Source: Deltaproteobacteria bacterium (lineage in GTDB: Bacteria > Desulfobacterota > JAJRXV01). From it: a DNA stretch of 64,000 nucleotides. The position numbers were made by a program, and so were the translations under genes. Position 1 is the first letter of the stretch. Every line of letters begins with the position of its first letter. Location of the stretch: NCBI GenBank assembly GCA_024275075.1, contig JAJRZU010000070.1:17234-81233 (forward strand), read 5' to 3'. This document shows, piece after piece, positions 1 through 10,422 of this stretch. The notes under the pieces are model-generated. The model did not search any database, was not told the DNA's origin, and saw nothing but the letters and a program-made list of their open reading frames with translations.

Positions 1-176
1 ACATGCGCGCCTGTTAAAATATTGTTTTAGTATTCCTGCAAAATAAACAAAAAAAACCGGCATTTGCTTTGTCGTTGTAATAGTTGGATATTATTGTGAA
101 TATTGTTAATACGTTTTGTGCGGGTTAAAAACACGGCAAAAGAATGAGCTTGTTTGTAAAAAAGCAATTGATTTAC

Positions 177-205
177 TTGACAAAAAGCTAACAGTATTTT
201 ATTAT
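177..205 (+). promoter_or_regulatory. Candidate sigma70 promoter (TTGACA-17-TATTAT) upstream of iclR-like gene
   Basis: TTGACA at 177-182, 17-nt spacer, TATTAT at 200-205. AT-rich leader, ~55 nt before the TTG start at 261. Confidence 0.35.
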
Positions 206-260
206 TACAATGTGAAGGAATGCAATTTAATGAAATAACAAAATAACAAGGTAGGCAAAA

Positions 261-1040
261 TTGAAGCGAGAAAAAACAAATTACATAATTCAGTCAGTCA
301 ATCATGCACTTGACATATTAGAAGAGTTTTGCAGGCAGCAGGATGAGCTTGGCGTAACCGAATTAAGCAATCGACTTGGCTTGCACAAGAACAATGTGTT
401 CAGGTTACTCGCCACATTAGAATCGCGCGGTTATGTTGAGCAGAACAAAGTTACTGAGAACTATTTCCTTGGCGTAAAGAACTTAGAGCTTGGTCAGGCT
501 TTCATCAAGCAGATCGGCCTGCTCAGGCAGTCGAGGCCGGTGTTGGAAGCTCTGGCGAAAAAATGCAAAGAGACCGCGTATATGGCGGTAGCCCGCGGCA
601 AATTCGTTTTTTATCTGGATGCGGTGGAGACAAGGCAGGTCGTCAAAGTGTCCTCGCGTGTCGGTTCCAGGCTCCCGATATTCACTACTTCCGTCGGGAA
701 GGTGCTTATCGCTTCTGAGCCTGCAGAAGAGATAGTGAAGATGATACCAAAAGAGGGTCTGACCAAATTCACACCTAACACAATAGTCGATAAAAAAGAG
801 ATGCTCGCGCACTTAAAAGAGGTGGCGGAGCAGGGCTTTGCGGTGGATTATGAGGAGTTTGACGTTGGTGTCTCATGCGCCGCCGCACCGATAAGGGACT
901 ATACAAGGCGTGTTGTCGGGGCGATCTCCATCACCGGGCCCGCATCACGGCTCACGCATGACAAGCTTGACAAAGAAGTGGTGCCGCTGGTTGTTGATGC
1001 GGCCAAAGAGATATCAAGACGACTTGGTTATGTAGAATAA
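261..1040 (+). CDS. IclR family transcriptional regulator
   Basis: N-terminal HTH (GVTELSNRLGLHKNNVFRLLATLESRGYV) plus C-terminal IclR effector domain. 259 aa, TTG start after a GGTAGG ribosome-binding site. Confidence 0.85.
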   Translation: MKREKTNYIIQSVNHALDILEEFCRQQDELGVTELSNRLGLHKNNVFRLLATLESRGYVEQNKVTENYFLGVKNLELGQAFIKQIGLLRQSRPVLEALAKKCKETAYMAVARGKFVFYLDAVETRQVVKVSSRVGSRLPIFTTSVGKVLIASEPAEEIVKMIPKEGLTKFTPNTIVDKKEMLAHLKEVAEQGFAVDYEEFDVGVSCAAAPIRDYTRRVVGAISITGPASRLTHDKLDKEVVPLVVDAAKEISRRLGYVE

Positions 1041-1097
1041 GTAAAGCAGGTAATCTCATTACAATAAAAAGTTCTAACCGCTTTGCAAGGTGGTGTT

Positions 1098-2075
1098 ATG
1101 CCCGGTGTTACCGAAGTTACGATCCCTAAAGAGAGTAAAATTCTCGAAATCGACCCTGCCAGAGTGTATGACGTCCTCGTCTTGGGCGCCGGCCCTGCGG
1201 GTCTTACCGCCGCGGTATATACTATGCGCAAGGGGCTGGATACCGCTATGCTGGCTGATAACATCGGCGGGCAGGTGGTCGAGACTTCTGGTATCGATAA
1301 CTACATGGGTTACAGGCACATCCAGGGCACGGAGCTGATCGATAAGTTCTTCGACCAGATTAAGCAATTTTCGATATCATTCAAGCAGGGCGTAAAAGTC
1401 ACACGGCTATTTAAGGAAGGTGACGTATTCAAGGCGGGATGCAGCGACGGGAATACCTACTGCGCGAAGTCGGTCATCGTCGCGACCGGCAAGAGCCCGC
1501 GCAGGCTGAACGTCACCGGTGAGCGGGGCTTTACCGGTCGTGGTGTCGCCTATTGCGTGATATGTGACGCACCGCTGTATGCCGGCCTGAACGTAGCCGT
1601 CGTCGGTGGCGGTAACTCGGCGGTAGAGTCCGCGATCGACTTATGCAAGATCGCGAAGCATGTCGATTTAGTACAGTTTTTACCCGAGCTGACCGCAGAC
1701 AAGGTGCTCATAAAAAAGCTCTATGAATTCAATAACTTCACCGCGCATTTCAACTGTCGGCTCACCGAGATAAAAGGTGATGCGCTCGTCGATAAAGTGA
1801 TCGTGATGAAGAATGACACGAAAGATACATTTACCCTTGATGTGGAAGGCGTTTTCATCGCGATCGGGCTGAGCCCCAACACATCGTATATCAGCGGCTT
1901 TTTGGAGCTGAACGAATTTGATGAAATAACCATCGACCATGACTGCAATACGAGTGTAAAGGGCGTCTTCGCAGCTGGCGACGTCACTTCCATCGCAGTC
2001 AAGCAGATAATAGTAGCGGCGGGCGAGGGGGCAAAGGCCGCAATCGCCGCGCACCATTTTTTGTTAGGGTCATGA
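1098..2075 (+). CDS. FAD-dependent pyridine nucleotide-disulfide oxidoreductase (TrxB / AhpF C-terminal-domain-like)
   Basis: GAGPAGLTAAVY FAD motif, redox CVICD (cf. CAxCD/CPHCD), GGGNSAVE NAD(P) motif and AAGDV. Strong similarity to the AhpF C-terminal half, without the N-terminal Trx-fold domain. Start moved to ATG 1098; the track start at 1083 merely follows an in-frame TAA. Confidence 0.75.
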   Translation: MPGVTEVTIPKESKILEIDPARVYDVLVLGAGPAGLTAAVYTMRKGLDTAMLADNIGGQVVETSGIDNYMGYRHIQGTELIDKFFDQIKQFSISFKQGVKVTRLFKEGDVFKAGCSDGNTYCAKSVIVATGKSPRRLNVTGERGFTGRGVAYCVICDAPLYAGLNVAVVGGGNSAVESAIDLCKIAKHVDLVQFLPELTADKVLIKKLYEFNNFTAHFNCRLTEIKGDALVDKVIVMKNDTKDTFTLDVEGVFIAIGLSPNTSYISGFLELNEFDEITIDHDCNTSVKGVFAAGDVTSIAVKQIIVAAGEGAKAAIAAHHFLLGS

Positions 2076-2232
2076 TAGGCATGATCCCCACCCAATTTTT
2101 AAGACCCCTGCACAACCTAAAATCAGGCTCGCACAGTTTAAATCAGGTGTACCTGTTAAATAAATCGTAAAAATATTCATATCCGTTTTTATCTGTTGTA
2201 AATACCGCATTTATATTGTAAAATGTCCGAAA

Positions 2233-2979
2233 ATGATACGTCTTAGCAATGTGACAAAATATTTTAAGGATCAATGCGTATTAGACTCTCTTTCTCTTCA
2301 GATACAGAAGGGGAAAACGACCGTCATCATCGGTAAGTCCGGCGGCGGTAAGAGCGTCTTGTTAAAGCACATGATCGGGCTGATAAAGCCTGATGAGGGG
2401 GAGATACTCGTTGACGGTATGAATATCGTACCGTTAGAGGGCAAGGAGATAAACGAGCTGAGAAAGAAATTCGGTATGCTCTTCCAGAACGCAGCGCTTT
2501 TTGACTCTATGAACGTTGGTGAAAACGTCGCGTTCCCGCTGCGGGAGCACACACGGCTCAAAGAGTCGGAGATAAAAGAGAAGGTAGCCAGGACGCTGAA
2601 GCTTGTCGGTCTGCCCGGTTCCCAGGAGAAGCTGCCGTCACAGCTTTCTGGTGGGATGCGCAAGCGTGTCGGTCTTGCCAGAGCGATTATAATGGATCCT
2701 GAGATAATCCTGTACGACGAGCCGACGACTGGGCTTGACCCTATCATGACAGATGTTATTGACAACCTGATAATCGACACGCAAAAGAAGCTTGGTGTGA
2801 CATGCGTCGTTATCAGCCACGATATTGACGCTACTTTTAAAGTGGCTCACAACCTTGCCATGCTGCATGATGGTAAGATAATCGCGTTTGGTGAAGCCAG
2901 GGCGATGAGGGAGTGCAAAGACCCCGCGTTCCAGCAGTTTATTGAAGGAAGGGCGGAAGGACCAATTAAATTGGTATGA
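2233..2979 (+). CDS. mlaF: ABC transporter ATP-binding protein, MlaF-like
   Basis: Walker A GKSGGGKS, signature LSGGMRKRV, Walker B ILYDEPTTGLD. Immediately followed by an MCE/MlaD gene. Confidence 0.75.
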   Translation: MIRLSNVTKYFKDQCVLDSLSLQIQKGKTTVIIGKSGGGKSVLLKHMIGLIKPDEGEILVDGMNIVPLEGKEINELRKKFGMLFQNAALFDSMNVGENVAFPLREHTRLKESEIKEKVARTLKLVGLPGSQEKLPSQLSGGMRKRVGLARAIIMDPEIILYDEPTTGLDPIMTDVIDNLIIDTQKKLGVTCVVISHDIDATFKVAHNLAMLHDGKIIAFGEARAMRECKDPAFQQFIEGRAEGPIKLV

Positions 2980-2988
2980 TCCGAGGAT

Positions 2989-4677
2989 TTGATGAGTAAG
3001 AATTTTTCAACGGAAGCAAAAGTCGGTATCTTCGTCCTGTTAGGGATTGTAGCCCTGGCGTACATGTCGCTCAAGGTCGGTGAGATACGCATTGGCAAAG
3101 AGAAGGGTTACCGGTTGCGCGTACAGTTCACAAACGCTGGCGGGCTGCAAAGAGACGCCGCCGTACGCGTCGCGGGAGTCCGGGTCGGCAAGGTAGTCAA
3201 GATCTTCTTAAAAGATTCGAAGGCGCACTTGACATTGCTTATTAATAACAAGGTCTTTTTGGAGAAAGATGCGAGAGCGATGATAAAGACCTCGGGCATT
3301 CTGGGCGATAAGTACGTCGAGATACTTCCGGGCGTGGCAGAGGATTATCTGGTGGACGGGGATGAGATAATCAAGACCCTGTCTCCCGCGGATCTTGACA
3401 GTCTGATGAACAAGGTGACGGTGATCGCCGATGACATCAAGCAGGTCACAGGCTCATTAAGACACTCCATCGGTACTAAGGAGAGCTACGAGGATATCAG
3501 GCAGATACTGGTAAGTGTGCGGGATACCACGTCTCTGATGCGCGAGGTCATTAACAGGAATGATGAGAAGATCGAGCGGTTCTTCACCGATTTAGAATCT
3601 ATAAGTGGTAATATTGATGATCTTGTCAGGCAAAATGATGAGAAGGTGAGTAGATTCTTCACTAATTTCCAGGAGGTGAGTGATTCATTAAATGACCTTA
3701 TTAAGAACAATAATGATAATGTATCTGCGATCGTTGCGAATCTCAAGGGTTTCTCCGGTGACTTAAAGGATATCTCAGATGCGAACAAAGAATCATTAAA
3801 CGATGTTATATCTAACCTGCAATCCTTTTCTAACAGCCTTTCAGAAAAGACGCCAGAGATATTCGCTCAACTTAAGGAGATATCTAATAACATCAATCGG
3901 ATAGTCCAAGAGAACAAACCCGGGCTAAAAGAGGGCATCAGGAACATCAACACCGCGTCAGTGAGGTTAAAGGACACCCTTAATTCCTTGAAGAACGTCA
4001 CAAAAAAGATCGACGAGGGTGACGGTACTGTCGGTAAGCTGATCAATGAGGACACCACGTATAATAAACTGAACGATACCCTGGCCGGTATCAACAAGTA
4101 CCTTATCAAAGCCGATCAGTTCAAGACTATTGTGGATTTCCGCTCTGAGTACATGTCCGAGGCCGACGCTTTTAAGCACTACCTCACGCTACGTTTTCAA
4201 CCTAACCAGGACAAGTACTATTTTGTAGAGATAATCGATGACCCCGCGGGCGAAGTCACGACCACTGACAGGTACATCACCACCCAGGTCGGTGACGAGC
4301 CCGCGCAGACGACAGTCACTCACGAAGAGGTCGTCGAGGATAAGTTCAAGTTATCGATAGGTATCGCGAAAAGATACTATGACATGGTCATAAGGGGCGG
4401 GATAATAGAGTCTTCGGGTGGTTTCGGGCTGGACTACAACTTGTTTGACGATAACCTGAAATTGAGCGTGGACGCCTATGACTTCAACAATAACGATAAT
4501 ATCCACATGAAAGCATACGCGCAACTGAACCTCATGAAACACCTTATCGTTACTGCCGGTTACGATGATTTTGTAAAGCGCGACACTGACCCGTCATATT
4601 TCTTCGGCGCAGGCTTTACTTTTACAGACGACGATCTTAAATACCTGCTGACGAGTGTACCGCTGTCAAGCAGGTAG
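2989..4677 (+). CDS. mlaD: MCE/MlaD family protein with long coiled-coil and beta-rich C-terminal extension
   Basis: N-terminal TM helix, MCE domain (KVGIFVLLGI..LKVGEIRIG..RVAGVRVGKV), then about 300 aa of heptad-like repeats and a beta-strand-rich tail. 562 aa. Confidence 0.7.
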   Translation: MMSKNFSTEAKVGIFVLLGIVALAYMSLKVGEIRIGKEKGYRLRVQFTNAGGLQRDAAVRVAGVRVGKVVKIFLKDSKAHLTLLINNKVFLEKDARAMIKTSGILGDKYVEILPGVAEDYLVDGDEIIKTLSPADLDSLMNKVTVIADDIKQVTGSLRHSIGTKESYEDIRQILVSVRDTTSLMREVINRNDEKIERFFTDLESISGNIDDLVRQNDEKVSRFFTNFQEVSDSLNDLIKNNNDNVSAIVANLKGFSGDLKDISDANKESLNDVISNLQSFSNSLSEKTPEIFAQLKEISNNINRIVQENKPGLKEGIRNINTASVRLKDTLNSLKNVTKKIDEGDGTVGKLINEDTTYNKLNDTLAGINKYLIKADQFKTIVDFRSEYMSEADAFKHYLTLRFQPNQDKYYFVEIIDDPAGEVTTTDRYITTQVGDEPAQTTVTHEEVVEDKFKLSIGIAKRYYDMVIRGGIIESSGGFGLDYNLFDDNLKLSVDAYDFNNNDNIHMKAYAQLNLMKHLIVTAGYDDFVKRDTDPSYFFGAGFTFTDDDLKYLLTSVPLSSR

Positions 4678-4698
4678 TAAAAGGAGATTACATACAGT

Positions 4699-5742
4699 AT
4701 GGTAAAGAAGTACGAGCTCGTTAAATCAGTCAGGTCTTCTGGGTGAGCAGGTAAACTAGGTCAGGCTGATCTAAACGAGGTGATATCGAAAATGAAGATC
4801 AAAGCGGACAAAAATGTGCTTGCCGCCGTGGATCACTTTGAGGATGCCGGTGTATACAGACTTACCGATGACATTGCGATCGTGCAGTCTGTCGATCTGA
4901 TTACGCCTGTTGTGGACGACCCGTACATCTTCGGGCAGATAGCCGCCGCGAACGCGCTCTCGGATATCTACGCTATGGGCGCGAAACCGGTCACCGCGCT
5001 GAACATCATCGGCGTACCGATCTGCGATTTCGGGGACGAGGTGCTCATAAAGATACACAAAGGCGGGCTGAAGAAGCTTGAGGAGGCGGGCTGCTCCCTG
5101 ATCGGCGGACACACGCTCGATGACCTGGAGCTGAAATACGGGCTTTGCGTCACCGGCACACTACACCCTGACAAGGTGTATTATAACAACAAGGCCGCAA
5201 TCGGGCACGAGATGATCATCACCAAACCCATTGGTAACGGTATTATCACAACCGCCGGTAAAGCGGGTATGGCTGAAGAGGGGGTTATGCAAAAGAGCAT
5301 CGACAGCATGTTGGCGCTTAACAAGGATGCGGGCGAAATAATGAAAAAATATGATGTAAGCGCGTGTACGGACGTAACCGGTTTCGGGCTGCTTGGCCAC
5401 ATGTACGAAGTTGCCCACTCTTCTGATGTCAGCGTCATGGTGGATCATGACAGCGTACCGGTTCTCAGTGGCGCTTATGAATACGCGAGCATGGGGCTTA
5501 TACCCGCGGGCAGTCACTCGAACGAACAGTTCCTAAAAGATCACATCAGCGCGCAAAATTCATTGGGGGAGACATGGCTCTCGATCCTTTGCGACCCCCA
5601 GACCTCGGGCGGGCTCATGATCTTTGTCAATAAAGAGCATTCAAAAAAACTTTTGAAAGATTTGAAGGATAATGGTATAGTAGATGCTCAGCTAATCGGC
5701 AATGTAATACAAAAGAGCGATAAATCCATTATAGTATCGTAA
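4699..5742 (+). CDS. selD: Selenide, water dikinase SelD; selenoprotein with in-frame UGA (Sec) at 4744-4746
   Basis: ATG at 4699 after an AAGGAG ribosome-binding site. Translation reads [21 protein letters not shown]..; the U and K align with Cys17/Lys20 of E. coli SelD (GCGCK). Downstream the sequence is in frame with the track ORF 4780-5742, which carries SelD motifs ([23 protein letters not shown]). Confidence 0.8.
4757..4773 (+). promoter_or_regulatory. Candidate SECIS-like hairpin 10 nt downstream of the selD UGA
   Basis: UAGGUCA-GGC-UGAUCUA: a 7-bp stem (one G-U pair) with a triloop, immediately 3' of the Sec codon. Not matched to the E. coli SECIS consensus. Confidence 0.25.
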
Positions 5743-5770
5743 TACATTTCTTTTTATAGAGGGGGAGATA

Positions 5771-7333
5771 TTGTCAAAGATAAAATTAGCGCTTATCAGC
5801 GTTTCAGATAAGAGCGGTATTGTTGAATTCGCGAAACAGATAAATGAGATGGGCGTAAACATCCTCTCGACAGGCGGCACCGCGAGACTGCTCATGGAGA
5901 ACGGTATATTTGTAAAGGATGTCTCTGAACATACCGGGTTCCCGGAGATGCTCGACGGCAGGGTCAAAACGCTTCACCCGAAGATACATGCCGGTCTGCT
6001 CGCAATCAGGAACAATCCGCAGCACATGAGCAAGATGAAAGAGTATGACATCGACCCGATCGATATGGTGGTGGTGAACCTGTACCCGTTTGAAGCTACT
6101 ATCGCGAACCCGGACTGCGAACTTGAGGACGCCATCGAGAATATCGATATCGGCGGCCCCACGATGCTCCGTTCCGCGGCGAAGAACTACCAAGACGTTT
6201 CTGTGATCGTCGACCCCGCGGATTATGAGAAGGTCGTGCGAGAGATGACTGATTCTGGCGGCGGCGTATCGATCGCGACAAACTTTTATTTGTCGAAGAA
6301 GGTGTTTTCGCACACTGCGAGGTATGACAGCATAATCGCGAACTATCTTGGTACGGTCAACGAGAACAAAGAGAAGAATGAGTTCCCGGACACGCTTAAC
6401 CTGAATTATATAAAGGCGCAGGATCTGCGCTACGGTGAGAACCCGCACCAGATGGCCGCTTTTTATAAGGAGCATAAGGTGGAGGAGCCCTGCGTCTCGA
6501 ACTCTGTCCAGCTTCAGGGCAAAGCGCTCTCGTTTAATAACATTATCGATATCGACGCGGCTTATGAAACGGTGAAGGACTTACCGAAGAATGCCGCTGT
6601 CGTGATCAAGCATACGAACCCGTGCGGGGCGGCTATATCTGACGAGAGCCTTCTGGACGCTTACAAAAAGGCGCGTGCGACAGACCCGGTATCCGCGTTC
6701 GGCGGCATCGTCGGGCTTAACAAAAAGGTGGACGAAGCGACGGCGGCGGAGATAATCACGACGTTCATCGAGGCGGTCATCGCACCGGACTACGACGAGG
6801 CGGCGCTCAAAGTTTTCACCGAAAAGAAGAACCTTCGGATACTGAAATCGCCGCCGCTTGAAGCTTATATAAATAGCGGGTATGACCTGAAAAAGGTTAC
6901 CGGCGGCCTGCTTATCCAGACGCGCGACACCGGCATGGTGGATATCGGCGGGTGCAAGGTTGTGACAACAAGGGAGCCGACCGAAGAGGAGCTCACGGCG
7001 CTCGACCTCGCGTGGAAGATATGCAAACATGTGAAATCAAATACTATTGTATACTCTGCCGCCGACCGGATAATCGGTGTCGGCGCCGGTCAGATGAGCC
7101 GTATAGATTCCGCGAAGATAGCCGTGATGAAGGCGAACTCCCCGATAAAGGGTACTGTGATGGCGTCAGACGCGTTCTTCCCGTTCAGAGACGGGGTAGA
7201 CGCCGCGGCAAAAGCCGGTGTCACCGCGGTGATACAACCCGGCGGCTCGCAAAGGGATGATGAGGTCATCGCCGCCGCGAACGAGCACGGCATGGCGATG
7301 CTCTTCACCGGTATGAGACACTTTAAACATTAA
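5771..7333 (+). CDS. purH: Bifunctional AICAR transformylase / IMP cyclohydrolase PurH
   Basis: MGS-like N-terminal domain ([11 protein letters not shown]) plus AICARFT domain. 520 aa full length. Confidence 0.9.
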   Translation: MSKIKLALISVSDKSGIVEFAKQINEMGVNILSTGGTARLLMENGIFVKDVSEHTGFPEMLDGRVKTLHPKIHAGLLAIRNNPQHMSKMKEYDIDPIDMVVVNLYPFEATIANPDCELEDAIENIDIGGPTMLRSAAKNYQDVSVIVDPADYEKVVREMTDSGGGVSIATNFYLSKKVFSHTARYDSIIANYLGTVNENKEKNEFPDTLNLNYIKAQDLRYGENPHQMAAFYKEHKVEEPCVSNSVQLQGKALSFNNIIDIDAAYETVKDLPKNAAVVIKHTNPCGAAISDESLLDAYKKARATDPVSAFGGIVGLNKKVDEATAAEIITTFIEAVIAPDYDEAALKVFTEKKNLRILKSPPLEAYINSGYDLKKVTGGLLIQTRDTGMVDIGGCKVVTTREPTEEELTALDLAWKICKHVKSNTIVYSAADRIIGVGAGQMSRIDSAKIAVMKANSPIKGTVMASDAFFPFRDGVDAAAKAGVTAVIQPGGSQRDDEVIAAANEHGMAMLFTGMRHFKH

Positions 7334-7343
7334 GGGGGCTTTT

Positions 7344-8096
7344 ATGTACAGACGCCGGAAAATAATTTTTAGGATAATTTTACCGCTTATGGCGCTGGCG
7401 CTTTTTTCCACCCTTCTCACCGGCTGCCAGAGCGAAGAGGATAAGAAATTCGATGCGCTTTTGAAAAAACTGCATGACGCGGACGCGAATGACAGGGACC
7501 ATGCTGCGACAGCTCTTGGTGTCTTGAAGGATCCGCGCGCGGTCAGTTTCCTCGCGGATACGGTAATAAGGGACACAGACCCGAAAGTCCGCCTGAGCGC
7601 GGCAACGTAACTGGGCGTGATCGGTGATCCGGCCGCGATCGAGCCGCTCGCGGACGCCTTGAACGATGATGATACGCAGGTGAGGTGGTGGGCGGTCACG
7701 TCTCTTGGGATGATACAAGACCCGCGCGCAGTCAAGCCGCTCTCTGACACGCTGAAAAACGATACAGATACCAATGTAATAAATGCCGCCATCTCCGCTC
7801 TCGGGGTTCTGGGCGACCCGGGCGCGATCGAGCCGCTCACGGCAGCTTTGAAGAGCAGCGACACGAAGATAAAAAGAGGAGCGATCGCCGCTTTGGGGCA
7901 GATAGGGAAACCCGCCCTGGATATTATTATCCGCTCTCTTAACAACGAGGATACTTTTGTCAGGATCAGCGCCGCGTCCTCTCTGGAGCGGATCGGTGAC
8001 CCGCGCGCGAAGGGCCCCCTCACCAAAGCTCTTAACGATACTAACTCGAGCGTGCGGAAGATCGCGAAAAGAGCATTGGAGAAACTTGCTAAATAA
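7344..8096 (+). CDS. HEAT/PBS-lyase repeat lipoprotein, interrupted by in-frame TAA at 7608-7610 (pseudogene or read-through)
   Basis: Lipobox LLTGC. About nine HEAT repeats (xxAAxALGxxxDPRAxxPL). Track ORFs 7344-7610 and 7617-8096 are in the same frame, and the repeat register is continuous across the stop (RLSAAT*LGVIGDP). Confidence 0.6.
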
Positions 8097-8181
8097 ACGA
8101 CTACCTTCTAAGCCGGTCGCTTTATAAAGATAAATAATTTGACATTATTGAAATAAATGGTTTATTATTAAGTAAGCGGTT

Positions 8182-8201
8182 AACAGGCGCGCCTGTTTTT
8201 T
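8182..8201 (+). terminator. Rho-independent terminator (AACAGGCGCGCCTGTT + T6)
   Basis: Perfect palindromic GC stem followed by a T-run, about 90 nt after the HEAT gene stop. Confidence 0.5.
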
Positions 8202-8289
8202 GCAGATTAATTCCTCCTCCTTTGACGGTAGAGGGAGAAGGTTGCCCCGGTGCGAAGCATCAAGGGATTCTTTAGATTAAATTGAAATC

Positions 8290-9777
8290 TTGAGTACCAA
8301 AGATGAACTGATGGCAAATTCAATTTTAGTGGTTCACACCTCAGATAAGGTGCATTCCTTTTTTAGTGATTATTTTAAAGAGGAAGACTGCACAATCAGC
8401 CATGAAAAAGACGGCGTTCATGCGCTGAAAAAAATCATTGACAATAAGCCAAACCTGATATTGATGGGGGTCGCTATACCTGTCATGAATTATCAGGACA
8501 TATTAAGGATAATAAAAGGGGGCCAAACCGATTCTTTTGTATGCCTTATCGGTGATGAAGGCAAGAATAAGATACCGGTGCTAAATTCGGGCGCCGACGC
8601 GTTCATCGAGCAGCCCTTGCAGATAGATGCCGTAAAAGAGACGATCGACAAGCTTTTACTAAAACAGAAGATCAGAAGACGAAGTTTGGCAAAGACGCAA
8701 AAGTTCTATAATTCGAAGACATATTTGATCCATCTCTTAGAACAGATCACCATCGCGATAATATCCGTGGACAACAACGGCAGGATATTATCATTTAACC
8801 AGAAGGCTGAAAAGCTCTGGGGCTACCAAAGCAACTTCGCGATTGGCAGGCACTTTGATATCCTGTGCATCAGAGAGAACCGGGACAAGTGCGCCTGTGT
8901 CTTCATCGAAGAGACGAGGAGAAACAATTCTTATGAGGGTATCTTGTTGTTTGAACGCGCGGACGGCACCAAGTTTGCCGGTGAGCTTCAGACCTCGGTA
9001 ATAAAAGGTGACAGTGGCAACGAGGGTATCGTGGTGGTGATAAGGGACCTTACCAAACAGCGTATACTTGAGGAGAAACTGTTAGAGAAAGAGAAACTGG
9101 CGACATTAGGCGCCGTTGTCGAGGGGGTTGCTCACGAAGTAAGGAACCCGCTCATCACTATCGGTGGTTTTGCCCGAAGGATCCTAAAGAAAGTCAGCAG
9201 TGATTTCCCGTACATACATTATCTGAAAGTCATCATTGAAGATGTCTCAAGGCTTGAATCGATGGTAAAGAATATTGAGAGTTATGTTCATTTCGCCAAG
9301 CTCCATAGAGCAAACTTCAAGAAGGGTCGGATAGAGAAGATAGTAGAGACCGCGGTAAATTTAATTGACAAGAAGCTGTTAAATCATATAGATATGAACT
9401 TTGAATTTGACCCCGCTGTCCCGCAGATGTACCTGGATGTCGGTTATCTTGTCGAGACATTCTTTAACATCATTGAGAATGCTGTAGAATCCATGCCAAA
9501 TGGCGGGGCTGTAACGATAAAAACCTCCAGGGACGATTACAATTATTGTGTTGTCAAGATCATCGATACCGGACGCGGGGTGCCAAAAGATCATGTTGAC
9601 GATATTTTCAATCTATTCTATACTACAAAACCATCAGGTATCGGGCTTGGTTTGGCGAAGGCGCATATAATAATCGATGAGCACAATGGAAGGATCAGCA
9701 TTAACAGCACCAGGGGACACGGTACGACAGTCACCGTTACTCTGCCGCTTGAGAGAAGACAAATAATCAGAAGGTAA
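8290..9777 (+). CDS. Sensor histidine kinase with degenerate N-terminal receiver-like domain, PAS, HisKA and HATPase_c
   Basis: H-box HEVRNPL; G-box motifs DTGRGV and GIGLGLA. The N-terminal REC-like fold has Gly where the phospho-Asp is expected (LILMGVAIPV). Confidence 0.8.
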   Translation: MSTKDELMANSILVVHTSDKVHSFFSDYFKEEDCTISHEKDGVHALKKIIDNKPNLILMGVAIPVMNYQDILRIIKGGQTDSFVCLIGDEGKNKIPVLNSGADAFIEQPLQIDAVKETIDKLLLKQKIRRRSLAKTQKFYNSKTYLIHLLEQITIAIISVDNNGRILSFNQKAEKLWGYQSNFAIGRHFDILCIRENRDKCACVFIEETRRNNSYEGILLFERADGTKFAGELQTSVIKGDSGNEGIVVVIRDLTKQRILEEKLLEKEKLATLGAVVEGVAHEVRNPLITIGGFARRILKKVSSDFPYIHYLKVIIEDVSRLESMVKNIESYVHFAKLHRANFKKGRIEKIVETAVNLIDKKLLNHIDMNFEFDPAVPQMYLDVGYLVETFFNIIENAVESMPNGGAVTIKTSRDDYNYCVVKIIDTGRGVPKDHVDDIFNLFYTTKPSGIGLGLAKAHIIIDEHNGRISINSTRGHGTTVTVTLPLERRQIIRR

Positions 9778-9781
9778 AAAT

Positions 9782-10420
9782 ATGAAATGCCCTAAATGCG
9801 GTTTTGTCAGCTTCGACAAATTAGAAACATGTAAAAGGTGTAAGCACGTTTTTGCGATAGAAGAACCTGTGCCGAAGCACTCGTTCCTTGCTAAGATGAA
9901 GGATATTTTGAAAAAAGAGGACGAAAAGACCGTCTCGCAAAAAGAGGTTAAAGAGCAGGAACCGGAACCAGCGCCACAAGAAGTAGTGCCCGCACCGAAA
10001 GAAGAGGTATCCGCGGCGCAGGCGAAGGCGGCCGTTGCAACTGCGTCTTTAGTGGATAGTTTTGATGATAAGTTTGACGACCTCTTTGGTGAAGATAAGT
10101 ACGCGGTAAAGGAGAGCGAAAGCGACGCGATAAAATTAACGGCGGTCGACCGGTATACACAGCAGCAAACGAAGCCTGATAATACCGCGGCAAACGGTTA
10201 TAACTTTGATGATTCATTCTTTAAGGTGACCGGCACGTCAGAGGAAGAAGCTGATGAAATGCTTCAGGAAGATAATGTTGAGGAGCCGCTTGTCGAGAAA
10301 AAGGAAGAGGAAAGCGCTTTCAAAGGTGGTCAGGAATTTCACGAGGTATTGTCTGATGATGTAGATGCTGATGACGATCTTATAGATTTTGAAATAGATG
10401 ATGACGAAAAAAAAAACTAA
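9782..10420 (+). CDS. Zinc-ribbon protein (CPKCG..CKRCKH) with acidic low-complexity tail; probably the N-terminal part of a zinc-ribbon-RDD protein
   Basis: N-terminal CxxC..CxxC motif, then a Glu/Asp-rich linker. The gene ends in an A10 run (10407-10416) before TAA. Confidence 0.6.
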   Translation: MKCPKCGFVSFDKLETCKRCKHVFAIEEPVPKHSFLAKMKDILKKEDEKTVSQKEVKEQEPEPAPQEVVPAPKEEVSAAQAKAAVATASLVDSFDDKFDDLFGEDKYAVKESESDAIKLTAVDRYTQQQTKPDNTAANGYNFDDSFFKVTGTSEEEADEMLQEDNVEEPLVEKKEEESAFKGGQEFHEVLSDDVDADDDLIDFEIDDDEKKN

Positions 10421-10422
10421 AC

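Noticed and set aside
7166-8026. Long antisense ORFs overlapping conserved genes (e.g. 7166-8026 -, 16309-16965 -, 58114-58608 -, 5804-6475 -, 26974-27645 +, 28474-29025 +)
   Set aside because: They lie opposite well-supported genes (HEAT lipoprotein, purL, cytochrome, purH, copA). Their translations are low-complexity or Arg/Ser-rich with no recognisable domains. The 58114 ORF is simply the reverse complement of the cytochrome tandem repeat.
7344-8096. Treating the track ORF pairs 7344-7610 / 7617-8096, 15595-17484 / 17515-18429, 60963-62063 / 62067-62651 and 18631-19194 / 19318-19572 as separate genes
   Set aside because: Each pair shares one reading frame and is separated by a single stop codon. 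Domain or repeat homology is continuous across the stop. Each pair is therefore one gene with an internal nonsense codon.
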